The position numbers and the translations under genes were made by a program. A model generated the notes under the pieces. It made no database searches, was not told the DNA's origin, and saw only the letters and a list, made by a program, of their open reading frames with translations. Shown piece by piece: positions 27,567 through 36,896 of a stretch of DNA of 64,000 nt; positions within the stretch are counted from its first letter, which is position 1; the number at the start of each line of letters is the position of its first letter. Source of the stretch: a virus; IMG/VR virus record IMGVR_UViG_3300032070_000632, positions 1 to 64,000 of that record, one strand, 5' to 3'.

Positions 27567-28637
27567 ATGAACATTTTATTTATAGCGGATGACAAAAAAG
27601 GCACCGGCTTCTATCGCATGATGATGCCGGCCAATGAAATCCGCAAAGCCAACATGGCCAACGTGAGACTTTGTTTCGCCGTTGACCAAAATGACATTCA
27701 ATGGGCAGACATCGTGGTAGTCCAGCGGGCACACCATCCGTCAATGTTTGAAATGTTTGACTGGGCGAAATCAATCGGCAAAGTAATGGTGTACGAAATT
27801 GATGATTACTTGCAGGGAGTTGACCCGACCAATCCGGCCTATCGCAGTTGGACGCCGGCCGGACCGCACTTACAGCGGGCACTGGCTTTGATGGAAAAAG
27901 CGGATGCGATGACGGTGACTACCGACCGGTTGCAGAGAGAATATGCTCCTTGGAATAAAAACATTTTCGTCATCCCGAATTTTCTGGATAAAACCTTGTT
28001 TCCGCCGGCGAAAAAAGTTTATAAAGATAAATTAATTAGAATTGGTTATACCGGATTTTCTTCCCACCAGAAAGACTTGGAATTGATTGATGATATAATG
28101 ACGAAGATATGCGAGAAGTATCCGGAAGTGAGATTTAAGGTAATGGGAATAATTCCCGAGCATGCGTTCAAAAGAATACCGCAATATAATTATAAATATC
28201 GGGGAGTAAAGATAAAATCGCAGTTGGAATATATTAGCGGAACGGACATTACGGCTTACTTTTATAAGTTGGCCGACCAAGGATGGGATATTGGATTGGC
28301 ACCATTGATTGATAATTCATTCAATGCCTGCAAATCAGACCTGAAAATAAAGGAATATGGCGCATTGAGCATACCGGTCGTGGCTTCCAACGTCTATCCA
28401 TACCAGAAAGCGATAAAACAGGGATACAACGGCTTTTTAGCCTCCACGGGCAAGGAATGGTACGAAGCGATAGAAAAATTGATTCTGGACAAAAAATTGA
28501 GACAGGAAATAGGCAATAACAACCTGGTATGGGTGAATGAAAACGGTTGGATTCAGGATAATGTCGCTGTCTGGATTAATACTTATCAACATATTTATGA
28601 TAATATGTTAAAAGCGACGGGAATAACGCCGCAATAA
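27567..28637 (+). CDS. GT-B (GT4-like) glycosyltransferase
   Basis: GFYRMMMP, YEIDD, DIGLAPL..N.FN.CKSDLKIKEY, PVVAS. Confidence 0.9.
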   Translation: MNILFIADDKKGTGFYRMMMPANEIRKANMANVRLCFAVDQNDIQWADIVVVQRAHHPSMFEMFDWAKSIGKVMVYEIDDYLQGVDPTNPAYRSWTPAGPHLQRALALMEKADAMTVTTDRLQREYAPWNKNIFVIPNFLDKTLFPPAKKVYKDKLIRIGYTGFSSHQKDLELIDDIMTKICEKYPEVRFKVMGIIPEHAFKRIPQYNYKYRGVKIKSQLEYISGTDITAYFYKLADQGWDIGLAPLIDNSFNACKSDLKIKEYGALSIPVVASNVYPYQKAIKQGYNGFLASTGKEWYEAIEKLILDKKLRQEIGNNNLVWVNENGWIQDNVAVWINTYQHIYDNMLKATGITPQ

Positions 28638-28676
28638 AGGTCGAAAGAATTAATAAATAGAAAGGAAATAAATTTT

Positions 28677-29751
28677 ATGGCTGCAACATTTAGTGATTAA
28701 GTTTATGAAAAATATAAAACATCATGATGTAGTTGATATAAAAATGGAAAAAATATATCAAGAAATAAAAAAACTTAATCATTAACTAAGTGTTGAATAT
28801 TTGGCAACAAATATTAAGAAACTCCGTAAATTCAGGGAAAGTCCTCAATAAATTTAGCCAGAGGATAACCCTGAGCCAAACCCTATTAGGGGAGGTGCAG
28901 AGACTATAATCGGAGAATCCTATATTTAGGATTAAGGGATAGTCCGAACTGTATAGTAATATACAGAGCTAAACAGAAATGTTTTAGCCCTCTATTAAAG
29001 AGAGTAACAAAATGTTAAATGGGCACAAACCAATGGTGCTGGTGTGGTAGTCACGGAACTTGGTCCGTCGGGCAATCTTTTCAATTTTAAAAATGCCGAC
29101 AATGCTGTTCCGTCTGATTACACCAGTTATCCGGTTACTGCCGGTAGAAACTCTTATCGAGTTTATTTAAGACCAAAGTTTAAAGGTGTAGGTTCATTCA
29201 ACAAGATAAATTTTTGTGTCTTGTATAAATCTCTTCTGATTAATGGGGAAACTCTTATCGCTAAGACGAAGACAACCCTCAACAAGCAGATTATGAAAAT
29301 AATCGTGCAGTTGCAACGACTGAGTGAAGAGACTCTTGTTAAATTAACAAGGGAAGCGACAGTCTGAACTTTATGGAAACATAGAGAGGCAAGCAGAAAT
29401 GACTTGTCCATAATTGCATATAGAGTGCAATTATAGTAACAATGTTGTCAAAATATTCAATTTTGGAAATCAGCCGGTGCCTATGGCACGGGTGAAGTAA
29501 TTAAGTGGGACCCAACTACCCCGACCGCATTTGCGACGCCAATTACTGGTGCGATTGCCGGCGGAGCGAATATCCCCACTGCCGACCCTGGTGCGGCCAA
29601 CGTCTCAATCGGCGGTGCGGCACCTTCGGCGTCAGAATTAACCACGACTGGTTATTCCGACTATCTCGTATTGCAATTCCAAACCACGACGGGTGCGGAG
29701 GCAGGTGACACTAATACATTCACGTACAGCCTCCAGTATGATGAAAATTAG
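28677..29751 (+). CDS. 169-aa probable virion structural protein split by two group I introns; exons 28677-28689, 29015-29207, 29448-29751
   Basis: Spliced frame is open: MAATFKWAQTNGAGVVVTELG...GSFNKIQNIQFWKSAG...YSDYLVLQFQTT...YSLQYDEN*. Confidence 0.85.
28690..29014 (+). mobile_element. Group I self-splicing intron 1 (325 nt)
   Basis: Exon CAACAU pairs with IGS GUGUUG (U.G at the splice site); AAATTCAGGGAAA, AACCCTGAGCCAA, AGGTGCAGAGACTA, P8 AATCCTA/TAGGATT, GGGATAGTCC; ends in G. Confidence 0.92.
29208..29447 (+). mobile_element. Group I self-splicing intron 2 (240 nt)
   Basis: Exon CAAGAU pairs with IGS GUCUUG; P3 TCTTC/GAAGA, P7 GACTG/CAGTC, P8 CTTGTTAA/TTAACAAG; terminal G at 29447 (G 29444 is also in frame). 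Confidence 0.88.
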
Positions 29752-29816
29752 AAAACAATTTGACTAATTAGTCAAGTAATTACTCTTATGCGTAAGCCCA
29801 AATACAATTGGCGGTT

Positions 29817-29856
29817 AAACTGGGAAACGAATACTAAAAATTCGCCCCAGTTTTTA
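29817..29856 (+). terminator. Intrinsic terminator-like hairpin
   Basis: AAACTGGG...CCCAGTTT followed by a T-rich run. Confidence 0.5.
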
Positions 29857-29880
29857 TTTATTTAAGTTAAAGTTAAAGAT

Positions 29881-30330
29881 ATGCAAAATAAATATCATTT
29901 CGTTTGGCGGGCACATTTTAAAGATGGTTCCATTCTTAATCAAATTGAGGGCGAACAGGAAAAAACTTACAGGGACATAGACCAGCATCCGGAAAAAGTA
30001 AAAAAGTTTGAATTAATAAACGTGCAGAATCCGGAAAAAATTTATAGCGTTGATTTGGAGACGGGAGACTTTAATTTCAATGGCGTAATTTTTAAAAACA
30101 ACATTGACGTTTCCGACTGCCAGTTGCGGTGCATCTATTTTCGTCGCCGGCAAAAAATAATGTTTTCCGCCATTCCCGATATTATTTCCGCTTATCTTCT
30201 GGGTTGGCAGACGACTAAAAATAACATTAATATTAAGAAAGAATATATTATTTCTCCTGATTGCAGTATTAAAGAAATAATACAAAAAGGAAAAAGATTA
30301 ATCAGTTCTAATATAAAAATAATAAAATAA
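29881..30330 (+). CDS. Hypothetical phage protein
   Basis: WRAHFKDGS..Q, VDLETG.F, IYFRR, YLLGWQ. Confidence 0.65.
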   Translation: MQNKYHFVWRAHFKDGSILNQIEGEQEKTYRDIDQHPEKVKKFELINVQNPEKIYSVDLETGDFNFNGVIFKNNIDVSDCQLRCIYFRRRQKIMFSAIPDIISAYLLGWQTTKNNINIKKEYIISPDCSIKEIIQKGKRLISSNIKIIK

Positions 30331-30356
30331 AAGTTTTTATATAATTTGTTAAATTT

Positions 30357-32192
30357 ATGGCAAATCCTGGTACAACAGGCGTTAATACGATAGTAGGCAC
30401 AAAAACTTGGGTTAATACTAACAATGTTAAAGTAAGCGATAATGTTTATGCAAATGCTTATACTGGCGCGAATTGGAGTAATATTTTTACCTACACGACT
30501 AATGCGACTGCTACTTTAGTAACTGCTTGGATAGGAGCGGCAATTAATACCTCACCAACCATTCCAGCTGTGATAAATGGACAAGCAACTATAGTCAATG
30601 CCAATTCCACTTTTAGGGCAAATACTGCTTTAACTAATTGTTTTATAAACGCTAATGTAGCATTTGTGTCTAATATTATGACAGATGCTTTTAATGCGTG
30701 CAGTAATTTAGTAGGCGTAGATGCTATCCCAAACAGTGTGACGAGTATGGATTCTACTTTCTATTCCTGCACCAATCTTGTCAACGCTCCGACTATCGGT
30801 GTGAATGTGACGAGTATGTATTTTACTTTCTATTCCTGCACCAATCTTGTCAACGCTCCGACTATTCCTAACAGTGTGACGAATATGGATTTTACTTTCC
30901 GGTCCTGCACCAATCTTGTCAACGCTCCGACTATTCCTAACAGTGTGACGAATATGGATTCTACTTTCCGGTCCTGCACCAATCTTGTCAACGCTCCGAC
31001 TATTCCTAACAGTGTGACGAATATGGATTCTACTTTCGCTTCCTGCTCCGGCATTGTCAACGCTCCGACTATCGGTGTGAATGTGACGAGTATGACTTAT
31101 ACTTTCTATTCCTGCACCAATCTTGTCAACGCTCCGACTATTCCTAACAGTGTGACGAGTATGGATTCTACTTTCTATTCCTGCACCAATCTTGTCAACG
31201 CTCCGACTATCGGTGTGAATGTGACGAGTATGACTTATACTTTCTATTCCTGCACCAATCTTGTCAACGCTCCGACTATTCCTAACAGTGTGACGAGTAT
31301 GGATTCTACTTTCTATTCCTGCACCAATCTTGTCAACGCTCCGACTATCGGTGTGAATGTGACGAGTATGTATTTTACTTTCTATTCCTGCACCAATCTT
31401 GTCAACGCTCCGACTATTCCTAACAGTGTGACGAATATGGATTTTACTTTCCGGTCCTGCACCAATCTTGTCAACGCTCCGACTATTCCTAACAGTGTGA
31501 CGAATATGGATTCTACTTTCCGGTCCTGCACCAATCTTGTCAACGCTCCGACTATTCCTAACAGTGTGACGAATATGGATTCTACTTTCGCTTCCTGCTC
31601 CGGCATTGTCAACGCTCCGACTATCGGTGTGAATGTGACGAGTATGACTTATACTTTCTATTCCTGCACCAATCTTGTCAACGCTCCGACTATTCCTAAC
31701 AGTGTGACGAGTATGGATTCTACTTTCTATTCCTGCACCAATCTTGTCAACGCTCCGACTATCGGTGTGAATGTGACGAGTATGACTTATACTTTCTATT
31801 CCTGCACCAATCTTGTCAACGCTCCGACTATTCCTAACAGTGTGACGAGTATGGCTTATACTTTTAATTCCTGCACCAATCTTGTCAACGCTCCGACTAT
31901 TCCTAACAGTGTGACGAATATGGCTTATACTTTCGCTTCCTGCTCCGGCATTGTCAATGCTCCGACTATCGGTGTGAATGTGACGAGTATGGGTTATACT
32001 TTCTATTTCTGCACCAACCTCGCTGGTAATATAACCATAGTAAATGCCAATGTAACCAATTTTACTGCGTGTTTTACTGGATGTAATGCTTCTATTGCTA
32101 AAACATTAAGATGTCCTACTGGTTCAGCAAGTTATAATTTAGCGATAAATGTTTGCAATGGAATAAACGGCGTTACTGTCGTAGCTTATTAA
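30357..32192 (+). CDS. BspA/DUF285-type leucine-rich-repeat protein
   Basis: 19 x 23-aa units I(PNS/GVN)VT(S/N)MxxTFxxC(TNL/SGI)VNAPT. Confidence 0.9.
   Translation: MANPGTTGVNTIVGTKTWVNTNNVKVSDNVYANAYTGANWSNIFTYTTNATATLVTAWIGAAINTSPTIPAVINGQATIVNANSTFRANTALTNCFINANVAFVSNIMTDAFNACSNLVGVDAIPNSVTSMDSTFYSCTNLVNAPTIGVNVTSMYFTFYSCTNLVNAPTIPNSVTNMDFTFRSCTNLVNAPTIPNSVTNMDSTFRSCTNLVNAPTIPNSVTNMDSTFASCSGIVNAPTIGVNVTSMTYTFYSCTNLVNAPTIPNSVTSMDSTFYSCTNLVNAPTIGVNVTSMTYTFYSCTNLVNAPTIPNSVTSMDSTFYSCTNLVNAPTIGVNVTSMYFTFYSCTNLVNAPTIPNSVTNMDFTFRSCTNLVNAPTIPNSVTNMDSTFRSCTNLVNAPTIPNSVTNMDSTFASCSGIVNAPTIGVNVTSMTYTFYSCTNLVNAPTIPNSVTSMDSTFYSCTNLVNAPTIGVNVTSMTYTFYSCTNLVNAPTIPNSVTSMAYTFNSCTNLVNAPTIPNSVTNMAYTFASCSGIVNAPTIGVNVTSMGYTFYFCTNLAGNITIVNANVTNFTACFTGCNASIAKTLRCPTGSASYNLAINVCNGINGVTVVAY
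30726..32036 (+). repeat. 69-bp tandem array, 19 units, containing a 552-bp (8-unit) duplication
   Basis: Units 1-8 repeat as units 9-16; identical antisense ORFs at 30830 and 31382 are 552 bp apart. Confidence 0.95.
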
Positions 32193-32215
32193 ATTTAATA
32201 ATTAACATAAAATTT

Positions 32216-32575
32216 ATGGAATTTAGAATTTTGAATAATGATTTGTGGATTAACAAAGAAGGCAACCACGAATTATTCTTACAGATAGAGATAAATGACG
32301 GTAAAGAAATCTGGAGAAAAGCCGCCAGACTTCCTGCGGAAGAAGTAGCTTTAGTCGTGGCTGATGCAAAAGCTATCAACGATATAGCTTTACGAATGGC
32401 GAACAGGGCGGTAATAACCAGACCGCAAGAAAAAATAGACGAAGAAAACGAACGAATTTATAGATTAGAACAAATCAGATTAGAAGCGGCGCAAGAAGAA
32501 TCTAAAGTGGAACAGATTAAACTTGATACTGCCAAAGAATTGGTTAGATTAGAAAACTTAAAAGCAACGAAATAA
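32216..32575 (+). CDS. Hypothetical protein with C-terminal coiled coil
   Basis: ORF from ATG 32216. Confidence 0.6.
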   Translation: MEFRILNNDLWINKEGNHELFLQIEINDGKEIWRKAARLPAEEVALVVADAKAINDIALRMANRAVITRPQEKIDEENERIYRLEQIRLEAAQEESKVEQIKLDTAKELVRLENLKATK

Positions 32576-32576
32576 T

Positions 32577-34142
32577 ATGAATGAAGACAAAAAAGAATTG
32601 CCCGATGGTTGGTTTCACGACGGCGATATAAAACAATATCGTTCTTTAGCAGAGCAAGTGCCTAATAACGGGTCAATTATTGAATTAGGCGTATGGAAAG
32701 GCAGAAGTTTATGCTCTATTGCCGACATAATAAATAGAAAAAATTTAAAAGTATTCGCGGTAGATACTTTTAAAGGTACGCCGGGCGAAGATAAAGAACA
32801 TAAAGAAGCCAAAAAAATAGATTTGCGGAAAGTTTTTGAAGAGAATATGAGAAAATTTGGCATTGCCGTTCAGATTTACGCAATGACTACGGATGAAGCG
32901 GCGGAAAAGATAACAGATAAGTTTGATTTAATTTTTATAGATGCCGACCATTCTTTTGAAGCTATCACTAAAGATTTAGCTAACTGGGTTCCTAAATGCA
33001 AAGGCATTATAGCGGGGCACGATTATGAAAAAGACAGCATTAAAAAAGCAGTTGATAAAATATTTCCTAATGTTAATTATTTGCATTGTTTCACCGACCC
33101 CGGACGAGGGACAATGTGGTGGAATGATTGTAGAAAAATAACTATGAGCACAAAAAAGTTAGATGTGATTATTCCCGCGTATAAAGCGCAAAATACCATA
33201 GAACGAACTTTGGCTTCTATTGTGATGCAATCCGTGGTGGATAAGATAACTGTTACTATCGTGAATGACGCTGACGGGATTGGCTATGACAAGTTTGTCA
33301 AGCAGTTTGCCGACTATATGGATATTAAAGAAATAACAATGAAAGTTAATGGCGGTCCTGGTGTAGCTCGGCAATACGGGATAGACAATACTATCTCGCC
33401 ATATTTTACCTGCATAGACGCTGACGATACTTTCGCTGGAGCATTTGCTTTAGAAATACTATTAAGGGGCATAGAAGCTAATCCTGGGTATCATACGGTA
33501 GTTGGCAGTTTTGCCGAACAACATAATTTTTTGACTTTTATCAATCATCAGAATGATATGGTTTGGATGTTTGGCAAGTTATACACTAGAACTTTTTGCG
33601 AGAAATATAAAATTAGATTTAACGACACCAGAGCCAATGAAGATAACGGTTTTAACACTATTATCAGATTAGTAAGTTCGCCCGAAGAAAAAGTTATGTT
33701 TTTGCCTGACATAGTTTATTTTTGGCATCATAAAGAAGATTCAATTACCAGAATAAATAACGCCCAGTATTCATACGACCAAAGTTTTTGCGGATATACC
33801 GACAACATGATTTACGCCATTAAGCACGCCAAGAGAATAAAACCGTTTAATAATTACATCGATATGTGGGCAATTCAGACTATGGCGCAATTATATAATT
33901 ATTATTATCAGACTGTTAAAAGAGATCCCAGGTTCACGGAACAAAACTATTCTTATTGCGTTAAATATTATCAGGAAGTTTTTAAGGATATGTATGAAAG
34001 AATGGACAAGTCAAATTTTGATGACATATTCGCTCAGACTTTATCGGAACAAGCCATTAACATGAAGGACAATGTGCCTGATAAAACTATTTATCAGTTT
34101 ATTGAAGAATTAAAAAATTATGGCGGCAGTAACATCATTTAG
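32577..34142 (+). CDS. Class I SAM methyltransferase fused to GT-A (GT2) glycosyltransferase
   Basis: IELGVWKGRS, FIDADHS, GHDY; then DVIIPAY, VND, GPGVARQYG, IDADD, NED. Confidence 0.9.
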   Translation: MNEDKKELPDGWFHDGDIKQYRSLAEQVPNNGSIIELGVWKGRSLCSIADIINRKNLKVFAVDTFKGTPGEDKEHKEAKKIDLRKVFEENMRKFGIAVQIYAMTTDEAAEKITDKFDLIFIDADHSFEAITKDLANWVPKCKGIIAGHDYEKDSIKKAVDKIFPNVNYLHCFTDPGRGTMWWNDCRKITMSTKKLDVIIPAYKAQNTIERTLASIVMQSVVDKITVTIVNDADGIGYDKFVKQFADYMDIKEITMKVNGGPGVARQYGIDNTISPYFTCIDADDTFAGAFALEILLRGIEANPGYHTVVGSFAEQHNFLTFINHQNDMVWMFGKLYTRTFCEKYKIRFNDTRANEDNGFNTIIRLVSSPEEKVMFLPDIVYFWHHKEDSITRINNAQYSYDQSFCGYTDNMIYAIKHAKRIKPFNNYIDMWAIQTMAQLYNYYYQTVKRDPRFTEQNYSYCVKYYQEVFKDMYERMDKSNFDDIFAQTLSEQAINMKDNVPDKTIYQFIEELKNYGGSNII

Positions 34143-36819
34143 TTCAGTAAAACTAATAAAAGGCGGGGTAATAAGTGGAGATGAAAAAGCCACGGGAGCG
34201 ATAACTACTTCCGATGCTTATTATTCGTTTGGTGGTTCTGTAGATTTGTGGAGATTAAGTTTGTCTCCCGCGGATATAAATGCTTCTACTTTTGGAGTAG
34301 CGGTGTCATTAGTTGGAAGTGATTATGAAGCGGAAAATCTTACGACAAATTATGTTACGGCCACTAATTTTGGATTCACGATTCCTGTTGGGAGTACGGT
34401 AAATGGCGTTCTAGCGGAAGTTGAAGTAAAAGAAACTGCTGGCGTTACCAGTATAGACCACATCCGTATTACGGTTTATTATATTACAACTACTTTGAAA
34501 ACAATTCAGTCAAATATTAATATAAAATCTAAATTAACTAAGTCAATCCAATCAAAAACCAGCATTTCAATTATCGGAATAACAAAAAGTGTCCAGTCTA
34601 AAACAAGGATTGAAAAAATAAATCAAGCGACGGTTTCTAGTAAGACTCGAATAGAGCAAAATTTACAAAAAAGCATTTCTTCACTCGCTAATGTAAAAAA
34701 TACTTTTACCAAAACAACATTTTCGTTAGTGAGAATAGAACAAAGTCGAGAGAAAACAGCATCTTCTAAATTAAATATTAAACAAACTAAAACCAAATCA
34801 GTAAATTCCAATGCTGATGTGGTTATTTTAGGTACGCATAAAACGATACAAAGCATTGTTAGAATCCAAAAAAATAATGTTTCAAAAAACATTTCTTCAT
34901 TGGCAAGGATAGAAAAGACATTTTTAAAAATTATCCAGTCGAAAGCAAATTTAATTACTTTCATTACCAGAGATAAAACAATATCCTCATTAGTTCGGAT
35001 TCAAAAAATATTTTTAACTTCATTACAATCTAAAGTTAATATTTTAGCGGCAAAAGAAAAGCAAATTTCCAGCAAGACCAGAATAAAGATACTTTCAATT
35101 ACCAAATCAATTTCTTCATTAACTGATATTAAAAACCTGGCAATAACCAAAACTCTGTCATCGTTAGGTCGTGTTCAGGTTACAACCAACCAATCAATAG
35201 AATCTGTTTGCCGTGTTGAAAAAATTGGCATAAATAAATATATCTCAAGCAAGGCGGATATATTTAAAACTCAACAACGGCAAATAAACAGTTTAGCGAG
35301 AATAGAAAATACAAAAAATAAGCAAATTCAAAGCATTATTGACATTGCTAAAATCGGCAATAAAACTATTTTATCAAAATTGGATATTGCCAAAACTTCA
35401 TTAAAACAAATATCTTCAAAGGCAAGGTTGCAGATGCCGGCGGTGAACCAGTCAATCAGTTCCAAAGTTGATATTGCCAAACTGCAAACCAAGACTGTTT
35501 CTTCTCTTTCTTCAATATTTAAGACTGGAAATAAATTATTGTCTTCTAAGACTAATATTTTATTGCATCGGTTAAAAACGGTTTATTCGTTGATTGATAT
35601 TTTTAAGACTTCAATTAAGAATATCAATGGCATCGCACGGATTCAAACCACGGAATTAAAAGAAATAAATTCCAAAGCAAGAATTAATCGCATTGAATCA
35701 AGACAAATATTTTCTTTGGCGAATATCAAGGCGACGATAGAAAAAAATATCACTTCTAAGGCCAGAATAAAAATAATTTCAATCACTAAAATAATTTCTT
35801 CCCTGGTTAGAATAGAAAACACGAAGATAAAAAATTTGTCTTCATTATCCAGAATACAGACAAATGAAATTAAAAATGTAAGTTCGCTGGCAAGAATGCA
35901 AAGAATTGAAAGCGAGACAATTCAATCAAAAGGACGGATAAAAATTGCCGGCGTGGTTAAAAGCGTCCAATCAAAAACAAACATTAAAGCGATTTTAGAT
36001 AAAAATATTCAAAGTTTAGCCAGAATAGAAAAAACTGAAAATGTATATATTTCCTCTTTAGCGAGAATACAACAGGCAAGATTAAAAATTATTGAAAGTT
36101 TGGCTAATATTAAGAGTATAATTAGTAAATATATTCAGTCAAAGTTGAATATTTTAGCAATCAATAATGTACAGATTCAATCTAAGGTTAATATCAGAGC
36201 CATTCAAATAAAATCGCTCGATTCAAAAACGATGGTTAAGGTAAGTAAAGAGAAAAACGTCCAATCAGTGACAAACATTAAGGCGACTGTCAGTCGGCAA
36301 ATAAACAGTTTAGTTAGAATATTAACGACCGAAAATAAACAGATTGAAAGCAAATCCAGAATTAAGATACTCTCCATAACCAAATCAATCGAATCTAAAA
36401 CGGCAATAAATTTATTACGCACAAAGGCAATTTCATCTCGGGCAAACATTAAAGAAACTTTTAAAAAGAACATATCTTCTCGGACTTCAATCAGATTAGT
36501 TTTCTCTAAATTTATTTCCTCAGTCATTGATATATTTAGAGTGCAGACTAAGCAAATTACTTCCCAAGGATGCGTAACCAGAGGCAGAACAAAAAATATA
36601 TCGTCAAAAGCGAGAATAATGTCCATTGGCGTCACCGCCATCATTTCCAGCAAGGTCAGAATAAATGTCATTAACACCACAACCATCCAGTCCATCTGCA
36701 AGATAAAACCTTATTATCGCCGGTTGGTGCCGGATGACATTTTAGCCGAGGACAGTTATATCTCTAATGACATTTTAGCCGAGGACAGTTATAAACCGGA
36801 TGAAATATTCGTAGATTGA
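34120..36819 (+). CDS. 899-aa putative virion fibre: beta-rich N-domain followed by dozens of 16-17-aa KxIxS(K/L)xxI repeats
   Basis: Periodic Ser/Lys/Ile/Thr repeats over about 740 aa; location in head-tail region. Confidence 0.7.
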   Translation: MAAVTSFSSVKLIKGGVISGDEKATGAITTSDAYYSFGGSVDLWRLSLSPADINASTFGVAVSLVGSDYEAENLTTNYVTATNFGFTIPVGSTVNGVLAEVEVKETAGVTSIDHIRITVYYITTTLKTIQSNINIKSKLTKSIQSKTSISIIGITKSVQSKTRIEKINQATVSSKTRIEQNLQKSISSLANVKNTFTKTTFSLVRIEQSREKTASSKLNIKQTKTKSVNSNADVVILGTHKTIQSIVRIQKNNVSKNISSLARIEKTFLKIIQSKANLITFITRDKTISSLVRIQKIFLTSLQSKVNILAAKEKQISSKTRIKILSITKSISSLTDIKNLAITKTLSSLGRVQVTTNQSIESVCRVEKIGINKYISSKADIFKTQQRQINSLARIENTKNKQIQSIIDIAKIGNKTILSKLDIAKTSLKQISSKARLQMPAVNQSISSKVDIAKLQTKTVSSLSSIFKTGNKLLSSKTNILLHRLKTVYSLIDIFKTSIKNINGIARIQTTELKEINSKARINRIESRQIFSLANIKATIEKNITSKARIKIISITKIISSLVRIENTKIKNLSSLSRIQTNEIKNVSSLARMQRIESETIQSKGRIKIAGVVKSVQSKTNIKAILDKNIQSLARIEKTENVYISSLARIQQARLKIIESLANIKSIISKYIQSKLNILAINNVQIQSKVNIRAIQIKSLDSKTMVKVSKEKNVQSVTNIKATVSRQINSLVRILTTENKQIESKSRIKILSITKSIESKTAINLLRTKAISSRANIKETFKKNISSRTSIRLVFSKFISSVIDIFRVQTKQITSQGCVTRGRTKNISSKARIMSIGVTAIISSKVRINVINTTTIQSICKIKPYYRRLVPDDILAEDSYISNDILAEDSYKPDEIFVD
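36734..36793 (+). repeat. 33-bp-period tandem duplication encoding DILAEDSY twice
   Basis: ATGACATTTTAGCCGAGGACAGTTATA repeated. Confidence 0.8.
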
Positions 36820-36896
36820 CATTAGCCGTTTAAATATCTATAATATAATCAGAACTGCTTGACAGTCAAAGATTATATTTAACTGTCAAATTTTTT
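36816..36896 (+). promoter_or_regulatory. Promoter plus leader motif copy 3
   Basis: TTGACA(36816)-17-TATAAT(36839); GAACTGCttGACAGTC at 36852; TTGACAGT/ACTGTCAA stem then T tract. Confidence 0.65.

Noticed and set aside
29044-29708. ORF-track proteins 29044-29367, 29163-29411 and 29505-29708
   Set aside because: Explained as exon 2 read into intron 2, and as off-frame or antisense readings of the spliced gene.
30830-31612. Two identical antisense 76-aa ORFs
   Set aside because: By-products of the LRR repeat and its 552-bp duplication.
30726-32036. CRISPR array or DGR target (variable codons mostly NNT)
   Set aside because: The repeats are in-frame coding units without unique spacers. No reverse transcriptase or template repeat is in the window, and one variant codon (CGG) does not fit adenine-only mutagenesis. 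A trans-acting DGR cannot be fully excluded.
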